Source: Felis catus (Eukaryota). From it: a stretch of DNA of 64,000 nucleotides. The first letter of the stretch is position 1; each line of letters starts with the position of its first letter. The notes under the pieces were generated by a model, which searched no databases, was not told where the DNA came from, and was given only the letters and a program-made list of their open reading frames with translations. Location: NCBI RefSeq assembly GCF_018350175.1, contig NC_058368.1, positions 157,978,001 to 158,042,000 of the forward strand, written 5' to 3'. This document shows, in pieces, positions 40,453 to 52,750 of the stretch. The position numbers were made by a program, and so were the translations under genes.

Positions 40453-43400
40453 ATAGTGATGCTATCTCTGATTATTTGATCAAGATGGCATTGGCCAGGT
40501 TATTTTCCACTATCAAATTACTATTTGAGAAAGAATATTTCAGTGCAAAAATAGTTGGTGAAGTCATGATGAGAAGAACCACAGTATATGAATTTCCAAA
40601 TTTATATATTTTAGATAAAATGAATGTAATTTAACTTCCATAGATATTTGGGTTTATGACCCTAACTACTTATTATTCTACATGTCAGGAGATTGCTTTT
40701 CAGCTTGCTGATTGTATTTCTTGCCTGTCATATTTGGGATCAAGATTGGCCCACTCCTTTAACCACAATTAGAGACAATTGTTTGAGGGCTGCTTTTTCT
40801 GCCTATTTACAACAGCATCAGTGCAATCCTTCAAGGACTGAAATTTGTTTAAACAATAAGCAGATTAATTCCAACATTCACTGGAGGGAGAGGAGAAGTA
40901 TAGTCGGGTTCAGTCCATTGTTTTTATTCCTCAGTGGCCTTGCTAGAAAGAAAGCCTAAAGATGAGCAATCCCACAGCTGGTGGGGGGAGTTCAGTTGCT
41001 TCCCACCGCAGCACAGACAACTAAGTTCCCAGCTGATCATATCTGCTCTCCCCTTCTGGGCCTCTTTGTGTACCACCTACCAGAAAGAGAAAACTAATCC
41101 CTGAATGCAGAATTGGTTAAAGAATTCTAAGTTAGTTTCTGATAAACTCAGGAGATGTCTCATAAAAATATGGAAAATATGAGTTTGAATTCCTTTGGAG
41201 GAGGAATCCCCACCATTCTTAAAGTGTCAATTTCTGCAGATATGTTTACCTTCCACTTTTTCTTCTTATGGTTGAGTTCAGGTGTCCTTAATTCTATCGA
41301 AAGTGGGAAAACAAAACACAGTGGAGGGAACCAAGTGTTTGAAGACAATATTCTCTTAAACCTGACTTACTCCATTCAGTTATTGTATCTTTCTTATTAC
41401 TCTGAACATTTGTGTTTGCATCCATTTTCCCAGAACCACCTGAAGACTCTTTCCTATACTGTTCGGTCTTGGCCCTGCTGTATACATAGCTCTTTAGACA
41501 TAGCAAGAAAGAGGCAAAGACCAGTGGGTTCAATATCTTAAGCAAACATGAATTAGCCAGGTCTGGGTTGTTAGTTCTCAGGGAGAAACTAACAGGTGGC
41601 AAGAGTTGGTTCCTAGCCCATGAACTTAGGAAAGGTGTATCTTGTGTGTGTGTGTTGGGGTTGGGGGGGTATGGTGTGAGGGATGTTAGCAAGGCAAAGA
41701 GGTCAATTTAAAGCTATTTATGTTCTTCTGACTCTCCAGTTCAGACTTCTGAGAGATTTAGGGTGGGCTCCATACCTGTGCATGAGGAAATGTGGTGGTT
41801 AGGCATTGGGAAAGCTGGTGAAGTGGGGGGGGGGGGGGCGGTGGATAGGCATGAGAAATGCTTTGCAGGGTACAGTAATGGTGATCCACTTTATCTTTTT
41901 CCTGTGCTCTGTTGTGGGGCATAGCAGAAGCAGTGGCTTTAATTTTATTTGCAAGATTAGTTGAAAGTTGACTGGAAAATTGGCATCATTTGACAAACTG
42001 GGCCCCAACTCTAGATGAACACTATTTCAAAAAAAAAAAAAAAGCACAGAATTAAGAACAGATTCTGGAGCCAGATTTACTGGGTTTGAATCCCAGTTCT
42101 GCCACTTAATAGCTGTGGATGTTTGTACATGTTTTTGACTTTTTGTTGCTTTAGTTCCCTCATTTATAAAATAGGGCTGTAATAGTAACTTTCTTGATGC
42201 AGTTATTATATATAACATTCCTATAATATTTTCTCGTGCAAATAAATAACAGTTATTTTTACTGAGAAAAAGAGCACCCTGAAAACACCTATTTGTAATA
42301 TAAGTGTTTTTCAAATGGGGAGGAGGATGTGGGGTTGTGGAAGCACATTGAATAGGGAGGTGATTTCAGCTTAAAACTGCCTAGCTCTGGCAGTCACTTC
42401 TCACATCTCTCTCCTCTTTACCTGCTCACTAGTTTCCAATATGCTCCCCTTCCTCTTTTAGTTTTTTCTATCATAGTCTTGCATATTCTCGGTTGATTTT
42501 TCTCATAAGCCTGCCGAGAGAAGCAGGACAGATTTGATTAGCTCCAGTTCACTGAAATGCAAAAGAGTGAAGTAATTTACCCACAGCTCACAGCGCCAAC
42601 TTCGGGTAACAGATCCTTCCTCTTGGAACATTTGGTATTTGATTTCATGGTGGAAGATAAACAGTGACTGAGTTAAAGGTAATGGCAGGGCCTAGAGAGT
42701 TGCTCCTTCTAAACACATTCTCTAAAAATGGCACATTACAAAAAATAAGATACTATGTTGACTCAATATTGTCAAGTACCTGGAAATGTATTGTGTGACA
42801 GCATGAGTCAGTGTGTCCAACAGCCAGCATCAAGAGCGGTCATCAGATTTTGAGGCACAAAAGGGGGAACCTTTTTAAAAACTGTACTTACCCCTTCCCC
42901 TCATCCTCCTGATATTAGAGCCAGCCTGTGATTCTGTGTGATTGAATAGTAACACAATTACCTCATTTTTATTTCCTAACATCATGTGGGAAGGTCTAGA
43001 TCCGGCTCACATGAGCCATGATTACAGTAACAGGCATTTATATGGTACATTATACTTTTCACAAAGATTTCACATCTACTGGATTCTCCATCCATAATTT
43101 TCCCACTCTTATTTCACAGACAAATACCGGAAGTCTCAGGCAGGGAGGCCACCAGATTTTACATAATTAACCTGACAGCTAAAGCTAGAGAAGTCAGGTC
43201 TATAGTGCTTCTATGTCTATTTGCATGGAATAGTTTGAGGTTTAATAGTTTGAGCAGCTGAGGGTGTGAGTCCTCTCTGTCCCTTACTAGCAATGTTAAT
43301 TAGCATAATTCAGTTACCCTGAAGCTTCAGCATGCTCCTCTCTGCAATTGGGGAAATACTACTAACTACCGTTTATGAGAACTGAAAGCGGCTAGATCAT

Positions 43401-43939
43401 GTAAATCACTAAGAACAGGGTTTGGCACACAGTAAGTGCTCAGTAGAGGCTAACTGTCATGATTACTGGTCTGTCTTCTTCTGTCACTTTATTGGCTTTG
43501 CATCAAAGAGAACTGCCCATTTTCTGAGATTAATCCCAGAAGCACTATGTCCCTGGATTTATATTATCTTAAAATATTATTGCCCTTTGTTGCTTTGGAA
43601 GATGAAGCTTAATAGCTTCCTTGGCTTTAGTACCCAGTCTATTGTTGGCTAATAATTTTCAAACAGTTTATAATGCATTAAATTCACCTGGGCAGCGTGT
43701 TTAAAATGCAAATTCCTAAGCATCCCTCCTTCCATTATGATTTTGAGATACTGTGGAGCCTAGGAATCTGCAGACTTTTAACAAACGTATCCTGAAAGGT
43801 CATGAGACATATGTGAAAGACCCTTACCTGGAGTTGGCCCATACATACCCTCGCAACTGACTCCTTTTTTCTTTGTAATTGGCATGTCATCATAACCTCT
43901 TTTCTTTTTTTTTTCTTTTCTTTTCTTCTCTTTGCTTCC

Positions 43940-43995
43940 CCTTCCTTCCTTCCTTCCTTCCTTCCTTCCTTCCTTCCTTCCTTCCTTCCTTCCTT
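43940..43995 (+). repeat. (TTCC)n microsatellite
   Basis: Read directly. Confidence 0.95.
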
Positions 43996-45416
43996 CCATT
44001 CTTAGCATTTCAAATAGACTGCCTGAGGTTATTTTCCACTATTAGGATAGCTCTATTATTATCTCTTTAGAGAAAATGCCACTGAACCTGGGGGAAAAAT
44101 ACAGAGTAATTACTCAAAGAAAAAAATATGTGTATAAATTCCCCGGAACCAATTAGAAAGACAATCATTAGGTTGAAGTGATCATTTGCTCACACATCAC
44201 TATAGGGTTCTAACCCTACAATGAGGAAAATAGCCCATGTTTGTTTCCAGGGCTTATTAATGTTAGACCCAAATTTGGTCTGCCCTGACAATGACTTTCA
44301 AAGTCTCCCCTGTAAAGATGCATAACTAGATGAAGATCATTATTCATACAACCCAGCAGAAAACTTACATATGTTAATCTTTTGCTTCAAGACAACCAGT
44401 GACTCCAAGAAAGACATTAGTTCCCACTTCCCACCCAAACCCCCACCTTATTGTAGCTAAGCGCTGGGAAACTAGTGAAGAGAGACAACTGCCAAATGTG
44501 AAACCACTTTAACAAAGTATGATCACCTATTTGGGCGTTATATCTATAGTTTCAAAAAAAAATGTAGATACCTGGCAATAACTGGCTTTTGAAGAAATAT
44601 AAATAGACAATCCAAAGCACAGGCTTCAAAGTGTTTTTTTAGCCTGAATTATAGATTTGATTATCAATGATGGTTGTCAATTCTTAATGCACATTAGTAT
44701 CATTTGAGTAGCTTTTAAACAGCACTGATGCCACACCCTAAGATTAATATTCAATTGGTGTGGCACAGAGCATGCTAGGTGATTCTACTGAGCACCAAGG
44801 CATGACTGTGAATATATATAATCAGATTTACTTGAAAATTGCCTGCTCTCTGCACTCCTCTGCAAGGTTTAGACATTGATAAAAACTAGAAGTAAAATAA
44901 AGCAGAGAATTTTGAGAACATTTTAGTCTCAGTTCCTGCATATTTTAGGGAAAGTGAAATATTAGGTCTAGAATTTCTTCCTGGTTGTCTCAGTTCTCCA
45001 TTTTATTTTGCTAGAATATACTCAACCTTGTCAAAATACTCTTAGCACCTAATAACACATAGAACCTCACAAATATTCCAAATTAATCTAAGCAATATAA
45101 GGAATGAAGGTAAAAAAAATATGAAGTCTGTTGGTTAATAATTTCTCTTGGCTGAATCACAGTAGTCATAGGAGAAGTCACAGGAGTTGAGAGTTTATTC
45201 ACCCCACCTCACCCTTTTTGGAGCTTGTAAAGATTAGCGAGGGAGATTTATATAAAGAAGGTATGTTTTGCCCTTGTCTGTATTTCTGGTTTTGTTCTTT
45301 TAAGTTCTCATCAAAAATAGGTGCATTGAGATCATGATTTGTCTGTAAGCCTTATATAACATATTTTTCATTGTTGTTGCCAGGCATAAAGTTTATTTAA
45401 TTTAGAAAGATCTTTT

Positions 45417-45640
45417 GGGGTGCCTGGATGGCTCAGTGGATTGAGTGTCCGACTTCGGCTCAGGTCATGATCTCATGGTTCATGGGTTTGAGCCCCACAT
45501 CGGGCTCTGTACTGACAGCTCAGAGTCTGAAGCCTGCTTCAGATTCTGTGTCTCCCTCTCTCTCTGCCCCTCCCCTGCTCATGCTCTGTCTCTCTCTTGC
45601 TCTCTCTCTCAGTAATAAACATGAAAAAAACAGAGAAAGA
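45417..45640 (+). mobile_element. SINEC
   Basis: GGGGTGCCTGGATGGCTCAG head; partial TSD AGAAAGATCT. Confidence 0.92.
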
Positions 45641-48600
45641 TCTCTAATAGAGTTCTGGTACTTGCTTTTCCATATTTTTAAAGACCTTTTATAAACTACA
45701 TTCTTTCCTGATTTTATCTCATGATGCAAAATCTGCTGGTTTATATAATTAACATTTTTTTCTTTCTATATTTTCACCAAATCATTATCTCTTATTTATA
45801 TTCCTTTTTCTTTTTGCTGTCACTTCGGAAACTTTTCTTAGTTTATATTCCCTTCCTCCCACTGACTTTTATTTTCATTTTTGCCATCATATTGTTTATT
45901 TCCAAGAGATCTTTTTTGTTTTAGGAATATTTGTTTTTATTTGTCCCTGTCATTCTCTTATGGTTCCAGTTTTCTTCATGTCTTTGGGAATATTCACACC
46001 AGGTTTTTGGGTGTTATTTGTTTGTTTTTAAGTTTTCCTCCCTTTCTGCAGCCCACCAAGTTATTTTTTTTTCTTTTTGATTTCAGCTCCGTCTATCATT
46101 CCTCTGATCTCTGGTGATTCTTGGTTGCTCAACTTTGTTTAAGAATAAGGCAAGGAAAGGCTAATTAGAAGTGATTATTTCAATAAGGACTGACGTTGGC
46201 AAGATTTGATGTAGGATGGTCTAGCCTAATACTTAAGTAGAGAAAATTTGAATGTCAGAATCTTTAAGTTTTTCCTCTTGGGTCAGTCAGATCCTACAGA
46301 GAACCCTTGCTAACCTTCAGTGTGGAGGGAGAAGGTTTGCCTGTCAGAGGAAAAAGAACCCTGGAAAACTCAGCATTCATTATGCCTTAGTTCCATATGA
46401 AACCTCCATCTTTAACTTTGCCTGTGTCCCTGGTGAATCTGTTTTACTCTTCATGGGGAAGAAACCTTCTGTCTTTGGCTAGGGTTGCAAATAAGTGGTT
46501 TCCTGGCAGTGAACCAGGGGTCTGGTTGCTTATAAAACAGACTTTCAAGTAATCCTTTTCATTTTAGCATCTCTTTTTGTTCCAGCTTCCAACTTAAGTT
46601 AAAATGTTATAGATGTAAGTTTTTATGTATAACCTATGTCACCACAAAGCAAAAACCTATAGTAAACACACAAAATATAAGGAAAAAGGAACATAAATAT
46701 ACCATTAAAGAAAGTCATCAAAGCATAAAGGAAGAGAACAAGAGAAAAAGAAAGAAACAGAGAGGAACTTCAAAAACAGCCAGTAAACAATTAACAAAAT
46801 GGCAATAAGTACATATCTATCATAAATTGCTTTAAGTGTAAATGGGACTAAATTAGCCAATTTAAAGGTATACAGTGGCTGAATGGATTTTTTAAAAAGA
46901 TCTATCTCTATGCTGCCTACAAAAGACTAACTTCAGATGTAAGGACACATACAGACTGAATGTAAAGGGAAGAAAAAAGATATTCCATGCAAGTGTAAAC
47001 CAAAAGAAAGCTGAAGTAGCTATACTTACATCAGATAAAATAGACTTTAAAACAAAGACAGTAATAAGAGACAAAGATGGGTGTTACATAATGATAAAGA
47101 GGTCAGTCCAACAGGAGGCTATAACATGTGTAAATATTCATGCATCCAACATAGGAACACCTAAATATATAAAGAAATATTAACAGATTTAGAGGGAGAA
47201 ATAAAAACAGAATTACAATAATAGAGGATTTTAATATCCCACTGACATCAATAGATAGATTATCCAGACAGATAATCAACAAGGAAACATCAGCCTTAAA
47301 TGACACTGTAGACCAGATGGACTTAATAGATATATGCAGAACATTACACCCAAAAGCAACAGAACATTCTTCTCAAGTGCACATGGAGCATTTTTCAGGA
47401 TAGATCACAAAACAGGAAAGGGCACAAAACAAATCTTAATAATTTTAAGAGGATTGAAATCCTATCAAGCATCTTTTCTGACCATAACTGTATGAAATTA
47501 GAAATTAATTATATGAACAAAACTGGAAAATTCACAAATATGTGGAGATTAAACAGCATGTTACTAAAAAAAAAACAGTGGGTCAAAGAAGAAACCAGAA
47601 GAGAAGTAAAAAATACCTTTATGGAAGTATAAAAATAGAAATAGAACATACGAAAATTTGTGCGATGCAGCAAAAGGTAGTTCTAAGGCGCAAGTTTTTA
47701 GCAATAAAAGCCCACCTTAAGAAACAGTAAACATCTCAAAAAAAACAACTTAACTTTATACCTAAAGGAACAGAAAAAGGAAAAAAAAAACAAAGTTCAA
47801 AATTAGTAGGGGGACAGAAATAAATAAATCGGAGTAGAAACAAATGGAGACTAAAAAATATAGAAGAAATCAATGAAACTAAGAGCTGGTTTGTTGAAAA
47901 GATAAATAAAATTGATAAATATTTAATCAGATTCATCAAAAAAAATGACTCCAATAGATAAATTCCTGAAAACATATACACTTCTAAGACTAACTCAATG
48001 AAATAGAAAATCTGAACAGACTGATTACTGATAAGGAGATTGAATCAGTAATCAAAGACCTCATAAGAAAAAAAGTCCAGGACCAGATGACTTCACTGGT
48101 GAATTCTATAACACATTCAAAGAATAATTAATATCAATATTACTTGTATTCTTCCAAAAAAATAGAATTAGAATAGGAGGGAACTCATTTTATGAGGACA
48201 GTATTATCTTGGTACCAAAACCAGACAAGGACATCATAAAAAAAGAAAATTACTGGTGAATATCCATGCTGAATAGATATAAAAATCCTCCACAAAATAT
48301 TAGCAAACAAAATTTAATAATAAAATGATTATACATAATGATCAAGCGAGATTTATTCCAGTGATGCAACTTTTGAAAATCAATGTGTTATACCATATTA
48401 ATAACATCAAGGATAAACATCATATGATCATCTCAACATGCAGAAAAGGCATTTGACAAAATTCAGTATCCATTTATGATACAATCTCTCAACAAAGTGT
48501 GTATATAGAGAAGTCACCTCAACATAAAATTTTTAAAAAGCCATATATGACAAACCCACAGCTAACATGCTTCTTAATGATGAAAAGCTGAAAGCATTTC

Positions 48601-48710
48601 CTCTAAGATCAGGAACACAAGAATAGCCACTCTCATCACTTTTATTCAACATTGTATTTAAAGTCCTAGCCAGAGCATTTATGTGAGGAAAAAAAAATCT
48701 AGATGCAGAA

Positions 48711-48749
<39 letters not shown>

Positions 48750-49540
48750 TGCAATAGAAAATCCTAAGGACTCCATATAAAAACTCTTAGAACTAATAAA
48801 TGAATTCAGTAAAGTTGATAGTTGCATTTCTGTAGACCAATAATAAACTATTGGAAGGAGAAATAAAGAAAACAATTCCACTTAATCTGCATCAAAAAGA
48901 ATAAAATACTTGAGAATAAATTTAAGCAAGAAGGTGAAAGAACTGTCTATTGAAAACTACAAGACATCAATGAAAGAAAATGAAGAAGACCTAATACATG
49001 GAAAGATATTCCATACTCATGGATTGAAAGAATCAATATTGTTGAAATGTTCATACTATCCAAAGCAATCAACAGATTCAGTGCAATCCCTATCAAATTT
49101 CCAATGCAATTTTTCAAAGAAATTGAATAATACTAAAATTTTTATGCAACAATAAAAAAATCCAAATAGTCATAGGAATCTTAAGAAAGAAAAAGTTGAA
49201 AACATCACACATCCTGATTTCACACTATATTACAAAGCTATAGTGGTTAAAACAGTATGGTATTGAAATAAAGCAGATTCTTTATACTGGATACTAACCC
49301 TTTATCCAGAGGGTTATTCATAGATTAATGAAACAGAATAGAGAGTACAGGAATAAACCCATACATACAGGGTCAATTAATTTACAACTCCGGATATAAT
49401 TTACAACTCAAGAATATACAATGGAAGGATAGTCTCTTTAATAAATGGTGTTGGAAAAACTGAACAGCCACAAGCAAAAGAATGACACTTGGCCACTGTC
49501 TTATACCATACACAAAAATTAGTTCAGAATGGATTATAGA

Positions 49541-49668
49541 ATTCTCCCTTCTGCCTATAAAGTTTTTTCATTCTGTACAGTTCCTAAGAACTCTTTTCTC
49601 TCTGTTAGATGGAATGCTACTCAATTCATGAATCATTGGATAAAGCCAATACAATCTTAAAAAAAAAA
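49541..49668 (+). mobile_element. Polyadenylated LTR fragment (MER34/ERV1-like) inserted in the old L1
   Basis: CTATAAAG...TTCATGAATCATTGGATAAAGCCAAT...TCTT-A10, flanked by GGATTATAGA / GGATTAAAGA. Confidence 0.65.
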
Positions 49669-50027
49669 GGATTAAAGACTTGAATACTGAAACCTTAAAA
49701 TTTCTAGACAAAAACATAGGCAATAAGCTCATTGACACAGGTCTTGGTGAAGATTTTTTGAATCTGACACCAAAAACAAAAGCAACATAAACAAAAATAA
49801 ATAAGCGAGACGGTGTCATACTAAAAAACTTGTGTATAACAAAGGAAACCATTAACAGAATGAAAAGGTAACCTACAGAATGGGAGAAGATATTTGCAAA
49901 TCGTGTATCATGAGCTAATATCCAAAATATATAAAGAACTAATTCAGTAGCAAAAACAAACAGCACAACAACGAAAAACAATCTGATTTAAAAAATGGGC
50001 AAAAGATCTAAAAAGACACTTTTCCAA

Positions 50028-50795
50028 CCTGTGTGAGGAGGTATCTCATCATGGTTTTGATTTGTATTTTGGTGATGATGAGTGATGTTGAGCATCTTTT
50101 CATGTGTCTGTTATCCATCTAGATGTCTTCTTTGGAAAAGTCTATTCATGTCTTCCTCCCATTTCTTAATTGTGTTATTTTTTGGGTGTTGAGTTTGTGA
50201 GTTCTTTATACATTTTGGATGCTAACCCTTTATCCAATATGTTGTTTACAAATATCTTTTCCTATTCTGTAGGCTACCTTTCAATTTTGTTGATTGTTTC
50301 CTTCACTGTGCAGAAGTTTTTTTATCTTGATGAAATCCCAATAGTTCATGTTTGCTTTTGTTTCCCTGGCCTTCAGCAACATGTCTAGAAAGAAGTTGCT
50401 CTAGCCAAGGTTAAAGAGGTTGTTGCCTCTGTTTTCTTCTAGGATTCTGATGGTTCCCTGTCTCACATTTAGACCTTTCATCCCTTTTGAATTTATTTTT
50501 GTGTATAGTGTAAGAAAGTGGTCCTGTTTCATTCTTCTGCATGTCACTGTCCAGTTTTCCCAACACCATTTGTTGAAGAGACTTTTTTTCCATTGGATAA
50601 TCTATCCTTCTTTGTCAAAGATGACTTGAACATAAAGAGGGAAGTCAGTGGCAGATGGGCTAGATGGGTGATGGGTGTTAAGGAGGGCACTTGTGATGAG
50701 CACTGGGTGTTGAATGTAAGTGATGAATCACTGAATTCTACTCCTGAAACCAATATTGCACTATATATTAACTAAAATTTAAATTTAAAAAAAAT
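50028..50795. mobile_element. 5'-inverted (twin-primed) L1 inserted in the old L1
   Basis: Minus-strand ORF2 3' piece at 50028-~50634, then plus-strand 3' UTR and A tail; degenerate TSD; the host L1 resumes at AGAAGATATACAGATGG. Confidence 0.85.
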
Positions 50796-51939
50796 TAAAA
50801 AAGATTTTTCCAAAGAAGATATACAGATGGCCAACAGGTATATGAAGGTTGCTCAGCATCATTAATCATTAGGGAAATATAAATTAAAACGTCAATGAGA
50901 GATCACCTTACACCTGTTAGGATGGCTATTATCAAACAGACAAGAAATAACAAGTGTTGGCAAGAATGTGGAAAAAAGGGAACCCTCATGCACTGTTCAT
51001 TGGAATGTAAATACGTGCAGCCACTATGGAAATTTCATTAAAAGATTAAATATGGAACCATATGATCTAGCATTTCCACTTCTGGATATTTATGCAAGGG
51101 AAATTAAAATGCTAACTTGAAAATATATATATATATACACCCATGCTTGTTGTAGCATTATTTGCAGTAGCTGAGATATGGAAATAGTCTAAGTGCCCAA
51201 CAGTGGATGAATGGATAAAGAAATTGTGATATATATAAAATAGAATATTATTTAGCCATAAAAAGGAATTAAATCTTGCCATTTGTGACCACATGGATGG
51301 ATCTTGAGGGCATTGTACTAAGAGAAAAAAAAATCAGAGAAAGACAAATACAGTATGACCTCTCTTATACGTGGAATCTAAAAACAAAGCAAACAGTAAC
51401 AAAAAGCAAGTTCATAGATACAGAAAACAAATTGGTGGTTGGCAGAGGTAGGGGTGGAGGGTGAGAGAAATGGGTAGAGGGGTCAAAAGGTAAAAGGGAA
51501 AAATAACTAAATAAATTTGCTGCATTGCTGAGCAATAAAACAAAACAAAACAAAGAGCATCTGACACTGAATGTTTGTCATGTGTGAAAGCAATGGATTC
51601 TCAGTTGTATAAGAACACATATATATCCATCTTGAATAAAAAGTGAGAAAAAGAGCCTGGCTTATCCACTATTGCGACTATATAAAACAAGTGTCGTCAA
51701 ATAAACATGGAATAGTTACATTCACAACGATTGAATCAGAGATCTGAGGTGAATATGGAGGTGAAGCAGGTGGAACAATAAAGGTTCAGTCAACGTGTGG
51801 TTCCTTGAGTCTGAGGTAATTTCAGCACCCATGCTGGCTGCGTCTTCTCCCTGCAACCTGACGTGTCTGTTGGGCTCTTCATTTACATAGCTTTTCCCTT
51901 GTTAGCAGGAACTGTCTTTCTTTTAAAGTTGTTCTTTAA

Positions 51940-52174
51940 GGGGCGCCTGGGTGGCACAGTCAGTTAAGTGTCCGACTTCAGCCAGGTCACGATCTTGCGG
52001 TCCGTGAGTTCGAGCCCCGCGTCGGGCTCTGGGCTGATGGCTCAGAGCCTGGAACCTGTTTCCCATTCTGTGTCTCCCTCTCTCTCTGCCCCTCCCCCGT
52101 TCATGCTCTGTCTCTCTCTGTCCCAAAAATAAATAAACGCTGAAAAAAAAATTAAAAAAAAATAAAACAAAAAT
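51940..52174 (+). mobile_element. SINEC_Fc-like SINE (young)
   Basis: CpG-intact head and long A tail; TSD TAAAGTTGTTCTTTAA. Confidence 0.95.
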
Positions 52175-52559
52175 AAAGTTGTTCTTTAAAAAAAAGTTCC
52201 ATTTTCTTAGGTCTGCTAAACTATTTGCTTTTCTGCTTCCACAATTTTGTTGTTACTGCTTCTAATGCTGTTCTCACCATTTCGTGAGCTTATGCTGTAA
52301 AGAAATCCTTTCACTGTACTTTTTGAGAAGTTTTGGCAGGAAGTAAGTGTAAGCACATATATTTAGTCAGCTAAATTTTACTTGGGGGTATAATAGTCAA
52401 ACAAGTAGGCACAGTCTAAATGACCCCCAATATTTGATTAAATAAACCATAGGGCACTCATATAATAGAAAACTTTTCAATCATTAAAAACTATGCAATT
52501 GAGTACTTACTGACATGAAAACATATTGGTTTCCATATGGAAAATGACAGGTTAATAAC

Positions 52560-52750
52560 ATTAATAATAGTAGCTAACAAAGCACTTTCTCTGTCCTCAC
52601 CATTCTGCTAAAATATTCTAATGGAGCTCTCCATGTAATCTCTCTCTTTCACACACAAAATTCTATAAGGAAGCTACTATTTTTATCCATTTATAGATGA
52701 GGAAACTGAGGCTCAGAGAGATTAAGAAATTTCCTCATGGTCACAATGTC
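52560..52750 (-). mobile_element. MIR
   Basis: ATAGATGAGGAAACTGAGGCTCAGAGAGATTAAG core. Confidence 0.72.

Larger units (their letters stand above)
46590..51510 (+). mobile_element. Old, decayed L1 (inter-ORF region, ORF2 from ATG ~46799, 3' UTR) with nested insertions
   Basis: Recognisable ORF2 endonuclease (TGCTGCCTACAAAAGACT), RT-region (CCAGGACCAGATGACTTCACTGGTGAATTCTA; GCATTTGACAAAATTCA) and C-terminal sequence, with many stops, frameshifts and deletions. Confidence 0.92.

Noticed and set aside
51821..51845. Second RE1 candidate TTCAGCACC
   Set aside because: Left half-site only; no GGACAG right half-site at any plausible spacing.
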